DNA of 63,862 nucleotides, the filler included, from Folioceros fuciformis (taxonomy: Eukaryota), in the NCBI GenBank assembly GCA_049999805.1. It is 8 parts of 8 records of this genome, joined end to end, with 100 filler letters (N's around TTAATTAATTAA, not from the genome) between each part and the next. Parts side by side here need not be neighbours in the genome. Positions count along the whole stretch, not along the records: positions 45,648 to 54,424 come from JBNGIO010003248.1; positions 54,525 to 57,534 come from JBNGIO010003250.1; positions 57,635 to 62,275 come from JBNGIO010003252.1; 5 more parts are not named here. One strand, written 5' to 3'. The position numbers and the translations under genes are program-made. The notes beneath the pieces were generated by a model. That model was given only the letters and a program-made list of their open reading frames with translations. It was not told the origin of the DNA and searched no databases. Shown here piece after piece: positions 46,752 to 58,866 of the stretch (its first letter is position 1; each line of letters begins with the position of its first letter).

Positions 46752-48627
46752 CCTAACATCCTTCAGTACGAATGAAGATCCGTTGTCGAACTTCAGCTGC
46801 ACATCACCAACGCCTGCAATCTCGCATGCGTAGTTATTTCCAAGCCGAACACATCCTTTTCTAGTAGCATCATAAGTGCTAAACCACTCCCTATGCGGAG
46901 TAACATGGAAAGATACTCCAGAGTCAATTATCCAATTAGAGAATAAGTGACTCTCCACGGCTGTCAGTTGTGCAGAATTGAAGGAAGAAGAGATAAGAAC
47001 ATCTCCATCGTCAACAGAATTCACGTCGTCAGGCTTGCTACTCAAGCTTGCCTTGTTGTCACTTTGCTTCTTCTCCTTTCCTTTGTCCTTCTTGAACTTC
47101 TCGCAGTCCTTCCTGATGTGACCCTTCTTATGACAATGGTAACACTCAACATTGTTACGACTACGAGACTTACTACGGGAAAGACTTCGCTCCTTGTACT
47201 TCCCCTTTGAAGTGGACCTTCCTCTCACCATGAGGGCATTGGAACCTTTGGAAGGTTCCATATTCTTCCTGTTCACCTCCTCTGTTAACAGGCTACCTTC
47301 TACATTTACAATAGTAAGACCACTGGCAGGAGCGGAATTACTCAGAGCTGTACAAAAGGTGTCCCAGCTCTCTGGTAATGTGACCAACAGAAACATAGCT
47401 CTCACGAAATCTAGAAACGAGATACCTTGAGATGAGAGTTGGCTGAAAATGGTATTGAACTCGTTCAGATGATCGGACATCCTCGTCCCTTCCTTCATCT
47501 TTAAGTCCACCAGCTGTTTCAACCAATATACCTGAGAAACCGCACTTTGCTTCTCATACAGGTCACACAACTTCTGCTATAGCTCGTAGCTTGTGGTCTT
47601 GTCTTTCACGTTGAAGTAGACCGACTTCAAGAATGTTACCATGACGCTAGACCTAGCAAGCTCATCTAGATCCTGCCACTCATCCTGAGTCATGCTAACA
47701 GGTTTCACTCCTAGTAACTTTATCGGCTTGATTTGCTTCTTCTGCACTAGAACGTTATACACTTGTTCTTTCCAGAACGGGAAAATAGTACCATCTAACT
47801 TCTCGATATTGAACATGACGTTTTCTGAGGACGCCATGTTTCAAAATCGATGCAAATCAAGCAAAATACTAGTTAGAAATTGTCGAACTGTAATGTAGAT
47901 TTTGTTACCCTCGTTTTGATTCTTCTGTCCACAATTTAGGATGACACGTCGAGCCTAAATCCTCCAATGCGATCTGATTCTGCCTTGTGGCTGGGATCCC
48001 AACTAGCTCTCGTTTTCGCCCTCAACCTTGATGCTCCGACACTTGCAATCCAGTACCCGGCGTTAGCGACTCCGACATACGATGATACCCCGTAGCCTCC
48101 CTCGTTTGTGGGACTGGCATCCGTCGGCCACGACGAGCACCTATCGGCGCCGCTGCCGTTCGCGGACCAAGACTGACAATTGCCGGCCGGCCCGTACCAT
48201 GGCAACGCCCCGCGCCACGCTGTTCGGCTCCGGAGCCAGCGGTCGGGCCAACATCCCCGCACCCGCCGCCCGCGCACCCCGAGCTAGCGCCCCGCCCCGA
48301 CCGCGGGCCAGAATCCCCTGCTGGCGGGCTCGCGCCCCAGCTGGGTGCCCCTAGCCGGGCTGCGTGACCCCCGCACCCTAGGCACCCCTAGCGCCCCGGC
48401 TGCCTGGCGCACGGCCCTAGCCGGTCGCCTGACGACCCGCCCACGTAGAACTGGCGGTACCCTCCTGGTGCCGCCGCGGCACCGTGTAGGCTTGCTATGC
48501 CTGCACCCCATGGGTAGGAAGTGCCCTGCGGCCGGGATCGTCCTCCTTCCAGCGCTCCACGATCTGGGGTCTGGTCCATGGATTAAGGCCGCAATGGTTT
48601 TCGCAACTCGATCTCTTTCCACTCACT
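46752..48627 (-). mobile_element. copia fragment: GC-rich leader, gag (from 47837) and protease; same family as 10158-13272
   Basis: Closely matches 11270-12420. CYHCHKKGHIRKDC; WIIDSGVSFHVT; TAG at 47577-47579. Confidence 0.92.
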
Positions 48628-49694
48628 AAACCAAATGATTAAGCAACACATGGAGCCCTTTTGTAACCACCTCATACTTCTTGTACTTTGGCTTCTCCTT
48701 GATCGGGAGCCCTTAGAGCAATAACAACTTGACATGAGAATCCTCTTGGATAATTACCACACATACCTCTCAACATAAATTATGGTGACCCCACTAGTTT
48801 CCGGTGCCTACTGCAGGTACAGATGAGACCATACCTAGGGAAGGAGAAATAAAAACCAAATGAGACCATACCCTTGGAAGAACAAGGAAATAGCACCTCC
48901 TAATAGTTCCATTTGTGCAATTTGTGCCACTTTGCGCACAAAGACATTTGGTTATGAAGGATTGAAAGAAGGCTACGGAACATAATGAGCATTCTTCTCA
49001 TTCTGTTACGTGTACACTCTTTTACACTCCTTAAGCACATATAATCAAGGCACTCCCTGGAAATCAGAAAACCATAGGTCAGGGCCTTTTTTAGTTGATT
49101 GAAGTCAACAAGAAGCAGAGGAGTTGCCAAGTGCCTCATGAATTGTAAGCATTACTTCTCTGCCAAGTGTCTCAAGAGTTGTGAGCATTACTAACCTGTG
49201 TGTGACATCCATGTCCTTTGCAACTGTAGGCCAACCTCTTACCTTTTGAACAAAACGTGCTAGCTGCTTCCCGTTTTGCAGAGCTATGCGGCCATAGTAG
49301 CATCCTCTTGTAAAGGCCAGAATGTGGAGCCTTGAGATTGGAGGTAGCGAAAAACGGAGGAGCAGCCCAGCCAAGGAGGCAAGGTGGGCTAAGAAAGACC
49401 AACCATAGGGACGCCCTTTGCCAAGCCATGGGGATGCCCTCAGCCCTGCTATGGGGAAAGCCTTGGCCAACCGAGGAGAAGCCCTCAACCAAGCCAAGGG
49501 GATGGCCTTTGACCGATCATGGGGCTCTTGGCAACCCCAAGCCGTGGGCATTGATCCGCCCTTAATAGCCCACTCGCCGGGAAGCGCGACAGACCACGAA
49601 GAGCCATGGACTCCATGGTCCCGATGTGCGCTCCGATACCCACACAGTGAACTCCATGCTCCCAATGCGAGCACCAAGGCAGCAAATCCATAAG

Positions 49695-49864
49695 ATAATG
49701 ATATCTATGCAATATAATGTAATCTATATTACATGACACATATATTAGATTATATTTAATAGATATTAGATTGGCCGCACATAATGATATCTATGCAATA
49801 TAATGTAATCTATATTACATGATACATATATTAGATTATATTTAATAGATATTAGATTGCCGCA
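49695..49864. repeat. 86-bp tandem duplication (AT-rich), with a diverged third copy near 51149-51235
   Basis: ATAATGATATCTATGCAATATAATGTAATC... at 49695 and 49781. Confidence 0.92.
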
Positions 49865-50166
49865 TTTTGGCCGCATATGCGGCCGTAATAGTGATACACT
49901 GGACACCACCATATACTATACGGTCCCGTTTTGGGAGGCTTTCGAGTGTCCCAATTCGTCATACTGATAGTCAAGTTTTTTTTTCCCTTTTACCCATCGC
50001 ACACATAGATCAATGCTTCCCCCACACGATCTCCTTAAGGGTTTTAGGGTTCTATGGCATCACCCTAAAGGCATCACACTAAAGGCAACATGCTCTCCGT
50101 CTTCTCAAGGAAGGCTCATCGCTAGCCATGTGTTTCTTCGTCCACGATCGTGATGCAACACTGTAT

Positions 50167-50281
50167 GTAGGGGGGCAATGAGCCATATAGTCGGGGGGCA
50201 ATGAGCCATACAGTAGGGAGGCAATGAGCCATACAGTAGGGGGGCAATGAGTCATATAGTAGAGGGGCAATGAGCCATACA
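50167..50281. repeat. 23-bp minisatellite x5
   Basis: GCAATGAG at 50175, 50198, 50221, 50244 and 50267. Confidence 0.95.
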
Positions 50282-50544
50282 CAAGGGGGAATGGGGTTAG
50301 ACCGTCTTTATTCCAAGCCCTTCAAGGTAAGGTTACAGGGGCCTGTCCAACCTGATGACAAGGATTGCAAGAGAGGAGGTTGAGTGTGGCAGAGTGAACA
50401 ATGAGCATTTCGGTAGATTCAATACATGTGGAGGAACCCTTGGAACCGCAATGAAAACCAAACCCAAGACATGTGTAATGGAAGACCGTACAACCTTTGA
50501 TTGTGGTGCAAACAACCATGTGAACGCGTTTGTGGACTTTGTGG

Positions 50545-50661
50545 ACTACGCGTTCGTGGATTAAGGCGCCAAGTTTAAGAATCACTACGGGTTTGTGGAT
50601 TGAGGCCCGAAGTTTAAGAATCACTACGTGTTCGTGGATTGAGGCGCGAAGTATAAGATTC
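50545..50661. repeat. 39-bp tandem repeat x3
   Basis: ACTACG.GTT.GTGGATT.AGGC...AAGT.TAAGA.TC at 50545, 50584 and 50623. Confidence 0.92.
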
Positions 50662-51640
50662 ACTGGAATTGTGAATCCTTGGTGGAATTGTGAATCCTTG
50701 GTGTGGGCTGCGTGCCTACCTTTCCATAGTACTAAACTCTAAAATCCTCATACATGGGGAGCAATTAGAGACGAAGTGTTGAGCAAGTGCAAACCAAAAT
50801 TTGTTCCTCTACAGAGCAAGTGCAAACACCCACCCATTGAGCTGTAGGGTGAAGTGTGAAAGAAGGGTGGTGCATGCTGAAACATGATTCATTTGGTGCA
50901 TGCAGAAATATTCATTGTGAATGGAGAAGACAGAAAGTAGAAACCCAACGAAGATTCTTTTAGTTTCTTGATTGGTCCACTAAAGTATTAATGATAGAAG
51001 AAAAAAACCTTCCTACTATATAGCAGCTCGTCATGTGACGTGGAGCACTAAAATCCATATGTATGTGGAAGATTCCCTTGAATATTCCGCAAAACATACG
51101 ATTGAAGAAAAACCGAATGGAGTACTGTATTTCCCGTATCACATTTCGATAAGGATATCTACGCAATATAATATAATATTTCTTATATGACACAGATATT
51201 GGATTATATTTCATAGATATTAGAGTGACCGCAGATACAGCCGCCATGGTGAATGATAAGATATAATATAATATAATTAATGTATTTATAAAAACACTCA
51301 TTTATATATTATAATATTATTAAAAGAGCTACTACAATCTTTAGGGTATTATATTAAATTTATAAAATATATGATTCCAATATTTTAGTGTGTAGTAATT
51401 ATTATTATTATTATTATTATTATTTTAAATATGTCAAATATATGGTAGGTATAGATTATGATACTAATACAAGATTTAAATACTAGATAAATATTAATTA
51501 ATGTTAAGAAATTATATCATATTATGAAAAATTTTTAATAAATGTGAATGTTGATTAGTCTAAAACTAATAAGTTTTGATGCAATTTGGTTTGCACTTTT
51601 TTAGAATTTTAAAATTATTTAATTATTTTTTAAAATTCTT

Positions 51641-52011
51641 TAATACTATCTACGTAGTTAGATCCAGAGTCAAGTGAGATGAGGCACACGCAAATGTGCA
51701 AAGATAGTTTGTTATACTTTTGTAACAACTTGTTTAAGGTTAAACAAGTGTGAACCTGTTTGATCTTAAAAAAGAAACATTTTATATTCAAAATTTTATT
51801 GCAAGCCAGCATGATGGTTATTTCTTAAAACCCTTTAATACTACCTACGTGCTTAGATCTAGAGTCAAGTGAGATAGGCACACGCAAATGTACGAAGATA
51901 GTTTGTTATTCTTTTGTAACAACTTGGTTATGGTTAAACAAGTTTGAACTTTTTTTATCATAAGAAAGGAACATTTTATATTCAAAATTTGATTGCAAGC
52001 CACTATGATGG
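51641..52011. repeat. ~195-bp tandem duplication
   Basis: TAATACTA.CTACGT..TTAGATC.AGAGTCAAGTGAGAT... at 51641 and 51836. Confidence 0.92.
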
Positions 52012-52632
52012 GTAGGTTGGCATCTTAGTGAGATATTGCCCACTTTATTCCAATTTATAAACACTTTTTTCCAATTTATAACACTTTTCAAAAGTATTAC
52101 AAACAAACATGCAACTTGTAACGCTTTATTTCAATTTATAACACTTTTCAAAAGTGTTACAAACAAGTGTAACAAACTACACCATAATGTAATGGTGTAT
52201 AGACTGCCACACACTATTGTCACAGTGCGCCCGATCTACTAGCGCACTGTCACACAACAACTGCTTGGCAATAAAAGCAGATACGCAACTGTGTTAATTT
52301 TCTTAAAACCGCCTAAACAGGAAAACGGATAAATTAGACACTCACGACTAAACATGAAATCGGACAAAACTCGAACAACATGATATTCGCAAGATTATTA
52401 CTTTCAGTCATAGATTTGTATTGATGGACACCTTTTAAATCTGCATATACTAACAAAGATCATGATGTATGCGCTAGTACGTGATGCGTTTTCTCTGCAG
52501 GTTTATGCATTGCCAAAAATAAACGCACATAAATGTGGATAAATGACACAAAATCTAAACATCCAAATCTAGCCAAGCCCAAATTGGCGGAATCCAACTG
52601 GTTTGATCAGACCTTGTTACTGCCTAATCTAT

Positions 52633-54424
52633 TGTGGAAGACCACATGTGCAAGACCCTCCCTTGGGCTGTTGGTTTGAATGATTTTTTTGTTATTCTTA
52701 CGTTTTATGTGATGGAGTGTTTAGGAACTGCCCAAGGCAAGGGCCTTTTATAATAAAAGTTGTCCTTGGCCTATGGTAGTACCACTTCTTGGATTTTTTT
52801 TTTCCTTTCTTTTACAAATAACTAGTCTTTGGATCTTTAACTATGATTGTTAGGCCAGGATAGAAGGTCTTTGGACCTTGGGGTTTTAAGAATAAAAATT
52901 TTCTATATAAGGAGAGGGGTCCTTCATTCACCAATGGTTGTGCGGGGTAGTGGAGAGGTGGCCCATTCCACAACAGTAGGTGAATGTGGAACGTATAGAC
53001 ATAGGCCAGGTGGAAATAGCAACCCTAGTTGTGGAGTCTGGACAGACAATGAGTAGAGGAACACTAACAATGGCATAGCACGATTGGAGGAAGACCACTA
53101 CCTAGCATCGTGATTCTATGTGATTCCAAGGCAAGTGGAGATTCAGCAACTGGGTGTGACCGCTATGGCAGCTGGCAGGAGTAGGCATGTGCTGCCATGT
53201 TGGAGAAGTTCAGGAAGCTGGCGGAGAGGTATAAGTGGGAGAGGCATCAGGCTAGGGTCAAGAAAGAGATAGGTAGGTTGAAGAGGGGCAAGGGTTAGCT
53301 ACCGAGGTGGCTGAAAGAGCCATCGTCGTGGAACCATCCACTATAGTAGTGGAGTCGGCCAACGTCGCGGAAGAAGAAATCAAAGTAGTGGAATTAGCCA
53401 CAGGCGGGAGCGCAGTAGAAGGAGGTACAACCCCCTTGGAATTTAGGAGACAGCCATCGCAGGACTGTTAATGGGGGGAGAGGGTAAGGACCTCTTTAGC
53501 AAAAGGGCGTATTGTGTTGCAACATGGGGATGAAGGTGCTCATGTTCCTAGTTTCTACCTGCATGGTGAGAGGGTGCTTACTCTATTGTATGTGGTGGTT
53601 GGGACAGGAGGGGCAGAGATTACTGGTTGCACATCCTAACAACCATTCGTTGTTATCAGTGGTTCCTTCGAATAGGAGATGGGGCATATGCTTCACAGAT
53701 GGTGTTGAAGGAAATGACTGAAGAGGAGGTCAGAACATGGTTGGAGAAGCAAACAATATGGCTGCTCAGTGATGAAAACGAGAGAACTCTCGTAGAGGAC
53801 GCAGGTAGATGGCATCTCCTAGGAGGAATGAAGAGACATTGGATAGTGGAAGTAAGGTGGACGTATTATGGGAAGATCTTCTAGATCAGCAGTGTGGTAG
53901 GAGGGTGTGAACCTCCAAAGTTTGGGGTAGTAGTTTGTTTTGGTTGAAAAAGGGTTAATAGTGGTATGGTTTGGTTTTCTTTTTCTACTTCTTTCTCCTA
54001 ATTTTTCTTTATTTTTTGGTCATTTTTCCTATTTTTCTTTGTGCTAATTAGGTTAATTGACAAGAAAAAAGTTAGTTTGGTTATTAAAGTGAGTATAGGT
54101 CTGGTCCCAGACCTGGGAAAGTTTAGGTCCGGTACCGGGCCATAGGGTTGGGAAAGTTTGAGTCTAGGTCTGGTGATTAGTTTAATATTCATTAAAGATA
54201 TATAATATTAAATGATTAAATAATAATAGAATAATATACAATAATTAAATAATAAAATGGTCTGAACATAGGAACAGGAATATGTGGGGTATGTCAGTGT
54301 CAGGGTCTAATGTCAGGCTGGCTGATTGCTTGGCTGGCCTGAACGGTCATGGAGGCCGTGTCCTAGCTAGGGCTAGAGGCAAGGGTTGCGACCACCCCCA
54401 TACCCCTCCCCCTTTCTCCCTTCC
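52633..54424 (+). mobile_element. TGTGGAG/CTCCACA-family element, 5' terminus plus internally deleted ORF remnant
   Basis: Starts TGTGGAAGACCACATG (compare TGTGGAGACCACATG at 18585 and 55592, minus strand). TATATAA at 52904. Remnants KLAERYK.ER and GRIVLQHGDEGAHVP..Y..G..VL and EMTEEE match the 28436-31059 protein. Confidence 0.7.
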
Positions 54425-54524
54425 NNNNNNNNNNNNNNNNNNNNNNNNNNNNNNNNNNNNNNNNNNNNTTAATTAATTAANNNNNNNNNNNNNNNNNNNN
54501 NNNNNNNNNNNNNNNNNNNNNNNN
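54425..54524. other. Artificial contig spacer
   Basis: 44 N + TTAATTAATTAA + 44 N. Confidence 0.99.
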
Positions 54525-55592
54525 CCCCGCCGACTGGCCAGGATTCGCCCCCACCCTACTGCTGCTTGGCCACGGCCCAACCACCATGCTTTAAACCCAG
54601 TCTAGCCAGCCTGCAATACGATCTAGGCCAGCCCGCCATGGGTGCCAACTCAGGCTGGGCTGCTGCTAGGCCCTCCAACAGCACTCGCCGACGGCCTGGG
54701 CAACCAGCCTCCACCGGACCGCCTGCCTCCAACTCCGACCAGCCCAGCCGCCCAGCCAGGCTGCCCGCTCTCCGCTTAGCCGGGCTAGGTCCATTCCTAC
54801 TGCCTGCTGCCTGGCCGGCCTGCTAACCTCCGAATCCATTCCCAGCTACCTGCAAGCCGGCGACTGCCTGGCCAAAACAACTGGCTAGGCCGCTGCCTAG
54901 CTTCGGGATCCCCCAGCCAGCCTGCTGGTTTTGTCTGCCGGCCAGCAGGTCTTCCACTCGGTTGCTGTTGGCCCGGCCGACCCGCCACCGTCTCAGGCTG
55001 GCTGCTTCCTACCCAGCCAACCCCTATCTAGCCCCTCCTAGACTAGCCAGCACGTCTACTGGCTGGCTAGATTCGGCTGCCTTGCCACCACAACCTAGCC
55101 TGCTTGGAGCCGCCCTACGGTCACCCGGCCTATTGAATCTTGCCTGGGCTTGCAGCCACTGCTCCGTCCGCCCGTCAGATCCATCCCAGCAGCAGGCCGG
55201 CCCGCATTCCAGCCAGATCCTCAGCCCCAGCCACTTGGCCTAAGGCCAGAGCAGGCCTAGGCACCCTACCTCCCTGCCTATGCCCAACCGCCTTCCGCAC
55301 GCTCCCGAGGCCCCAGCTCACCCTCACACGCCCGACTTAGGGTCCCATGCACGCTGGCGTCCCTCTCCACGGGCACACCCTACCCCCTACTTCACATTTT
55401 CCACGGCCACGGGTTAGCTAGACGATTGTTGTCTTTCTCAACTGCACCACCACTATCTCCTGATCATCCTATTTAATCTAGCCTTATCTAACATAGTTTC
55501 CTAATTACCTCTACAAGAAATTCTATCAAAACTCCAAAAAAAACATATACCACCCATTTTCTAAGAGGCCTATCTCCCATGTGGTCTCCACA
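54525..55592 (-). mobile_element. Second copy of the terminal ~1.07 kb of the 14278-18585 element, inserted in a LINE
   Basis: Highly similar to ~17513-18585 and ends at the same TGGTCTCCACA, with a different flank. Confidence 0.93.
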
Positions 55593-57534
55593 ACACCCTC
55601 CAAACGTCTCCTGGGAGGCTCGTTGTGACTGCCAGGCTTGCAAGGCCTCCTGCCTGACCACTCCTTTATCACTGGTGTGCTCCACCTCCTGCCTCTCCCG
55701 ATCAGTAGGTTCATCCTCTTCCATTGCCAAGGCAGAACTAGTGTCGGGACCCAGCAACAAGTAGCCAACACGCCATGCATCTAGAGGCTGGGAGTTTGAA
55801 ATCCCCGAGGCAAAGTTCCCTGCGCTGCCCCCCACTTCCGACGACGTCCCATCGGCTCCTTCCCCAATCCCCTTCTCGTTAAGTGGCACATTGTCCAGTG
55901 GAGGGCTCACCCCACCTTGCTGGGCCAAGGGAGCAGCCCTACCCCTTAGACCTACAGACTGATCAGGTTGTCTTTCACCTCCAACTCCCTGCTGACAGCT
56001 TGGAAAGACTCCGTCGTCCACCGCATTCCCTAGATGATGCAATAGGTTGCGTTTCTCAAACCTATCCGGGAAGCTATGGAGCTTCTGTGCCTTTAGATTT
56101 TGAAAATCCCTCTGCTGCCCCCCATGAGAGGCTGACCAGGAGGTCTGCCTTTGTCTTTGGCTCCCCAGTGTATGAGGTTGTCCCAACTCCCCCTATAAGC
56201 CCGTCCTACCAGCTGCCTTACTTATCCCACCCTGCAATTTTTCTCCTGATAGTGTGGCTCGGAGTCCGATCCCTGCAAGGCTTGCTTCCTGCAAGGTAGT
56301 AAAAGACGCGTGGTGTGGTGCGGGGTTGTTGAGCTGATGAGCATTTCCCCTTTGATGGGCCCCCCCGATGTAACCCTTGTCTTCAGTTGCAGGACCTTTA
56401 AAACCTTTTGCTGGTGCCGCACTACCTACGTCCCCACTGTTGGAGTCCTCTTCCATAGGCATCGTAGCCTTTGCTGTCATATCCTCTGCCCATCTTAGCT
56501 CCCAACTGCGGGGGAGTTTAATCGATTTCGGGGCGTGGATAAGCCCAAGAGAACCAAGATGTGCCTTGAACACCACTCTAGAAGCTAGAGTCACCCTACC
56601 TTTGCCAAATTTTGCATCCTTGATGTAAGCCAACAATTAGGGCTCCCCCATCCATTGCGAAACCTTGAAGTCTCGGATTCGACATTCGTTCTTCAACTCA
56701 ATCAAGGTATTCACGAATACGATAGAGGAGCTATCCTCCACTCTGTGACACACCAAACTATGTTGTGCCTCTTGCAGGATCATGCTAATAGCTTGCTCAT
56801 CAAACCCCAAACCCGCCTGCAGCATGCCCTTGACTTTTAGTCTGGCGGTAGACCAGAGCCCAAGAGGCTGACCCCCAATCGACTCGCCGGTCTGGAATGA
56901 GCGTGTAGGTAAGGCTCTGAGGAGCCCTTCGGCATCCAATAAAAGTAAGTGTTATCCATTTTCTTCCTCAGGAGAACACACAGCTTAGCCTGTGCATTGT
57001 GTACGCCCCTGCTCCCCAAGAAGAACACTTCCTGAACTCGTTTTGCACACAACTGCGTTCCCGGGTTAGTCCTCCAAAACTTTGTAGGGGCACCTTTGAA
57101 GCTAGGCAGGGGGCCAGAATGTGCCTTCTCTGAAGTCTCACCCCGACCTCCCGATCTAGCCCATAAAGGACAAGCCTGCTTCAGATGATTATGCAAGCCA
57201 CACACTCCGCACCGGATGGGAAGATCTGGGTAATCAAAAAGTTGTGTAAAACTCTTAGATGGGTCCTTCGGATCACGAACAACTACGCCTTCAGGCAGAT
57301 CTTAGAGGCTGTCGACCTTGAACCTGAAACGGGGTGGTTCGGTGCTATCAAAGAATCTGGAGTACACCTTAGGGACCTCCACCACCCTGCCAATGGTCCC
57401 TAGAATTGTGCGAACCAGTGGGACGAGCTGAACCGGCAAAGCAGGCAGACCCACCCACAGGAAATGCCACTTGATTTTAGATTGCATGATGGAGTTCCTG
57501 GGGGACTAGGCCTCTACCACCACCGGTACTGAAT
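55593..57534 (-). pseudogene. L1-clade LINE ORF1 remnant
   Basis: LWVGLPALP...ILGTIGRVVEV...RFRFKVD..LP...YPDLPIRCGVCGLHNHLKQACP (CX2CX4HX4C at 57170-57211), followed by a low-complexity tail with stops. Confidence 0.8.
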
Positions 57535-57634
57535 NNNNNNNNNNNNNNNNNNNNNNNNNNNNNNNNNNNNNNNNNNNNTTAATTAATTAANNNNNNNNNN
57601 NNNNNNNNNNNNNNNNNNNNNNNNNNNNNNNNNN
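57535..57634. other. Artificial contig spacer
   Basis: 44 N + TTAATTAATTAA + 44 N. Confidence 0.99.
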
Positions 57635-57929
57635 GCAGCCAGAGGCCCTCGCCGGAGACGGGCAACACCAGCTTCATCCAGAACAAGCACGCTCAGCCCA
57701 ACCGCGTTCGTACTGGGTTGGAGGATGGCATTGTTGCGCACCATCCTGCGGACGCTCCAACCCAGAACCGGCCGGTCCATTCAAGGATCCAGCCGGGGCA
57801 AACGCGTCCAGTACTTGCTGCAATGCCCATTCTGTCTCCTCACCACCAACGAAACATGACTGCAGTCAGGTACATTACGGTTAATGTCCACCTCGTAAGG
57901 TGCAGAAACTGTCCCTTTCAAGGAGCTAA

Positions 57930-58045
57930 TTTTTCGCGCTGTAAGCCTCTTGTTGAAAATCTCATAGGCCACGCCATCAAAGTCTTGCGCACTCATGGTG
58001 GTGGAGAGTTTATTGCCTTCAAGCCCTTTCTCCTTGTTTGAGGGT
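57930..58045 (+). mobile_element. Short copia integrase relic
   Basis: KPLVENLIGHAIKVLRTHGGGEFIAFKPFL resembles VEN..G..IKVLRTD.GGEF. Confidence 0.6.
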
Positions 58046-58866
58046 TTGACTCTCTTCAGGCAGATGCCACTGCTACTACCTGATATGTCCAAAATCGTTG
58101 CAGTATTGCCTCAGAGCGGAGTGGCGAAATGTGCGGGCCCAGCACCGGTAGCACAGATGAGCTTGGCCAGGGCCGTTGGCAGCCAGGGCCGTTGGCTCTG
58201 GGCTCGCCACGGTGCGAACATGGTCTCCCCGTTCCCACAGCAGCATCGGGATCTCAAAAAAGACCTTAGGGCGCGGACGCAGAGAACAGGCGAGCGCCGG
58301 AAACCCTAATCTGAGAAACTGGACAAGGCGAAGATTCGGCCGGAAGAGCAGGGAACATGCCATCGGGCCTCGGCACACCCCGGTGGGTGCATCGGCACCC
58401 TTGATTCTGCATCTGCGCCTTCAGAGCAGTCTACCGTACATAGATGCTTATTTCCCAGAAGACGGCCAATCGTTGAGATCGTTGTGTGTGCGTGACGCGG
58501 GAATAGAATTCGAGTCGGCTCGGTTTCAGCTTCTGTCGTGCAAAGGGTTGTATGTTCTCTGACATATATTATACACATGCGGCGGCTGCGAGATGCTCTA
58601 CACAGTGGGGAAACGACGACATGGAAGCTACATGTGTATACTCATTCATACCCTGGGTTTCTGCTAACACCCCTTACAGACAAAGGGGAACGGGGAACTG
58701 AGCACCAGAGAAGATACCTGTGGGCAAGGGGACTTCGTGAACTCTGATGTGCTGCTTGCTGCCCACATTCACTGAGTCAGCCAGTACAGAAGGAGTATGT
58801 AGTACCTGCACATAATCATGCAACGCTTGCTTCCTCGAGGGAGTGATGTGCGGTTCAAGACCTGGA

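Noticed and set aside
48770-48800. LTR end plus tRNA-Arg-like PBS (CAACA...TGGTGACCCCACTAG)
   Set aside because: Several mismatches, a 7-nt gap from the CA, and no recognisable gag downstream.
50167-50661. CRISPR-like arrays (also 46011-46129 and 20048-20520)
   Set aside because: The units are head-to-tail or degenerate without unique spacers, the context is eukaryotic, and there are no cas genes.
52205-52250. Definite Helitron 3' end
   Set aside because: CTAG is followed by C rather than T and sits inside the best hairpin; no 5' end was identified.
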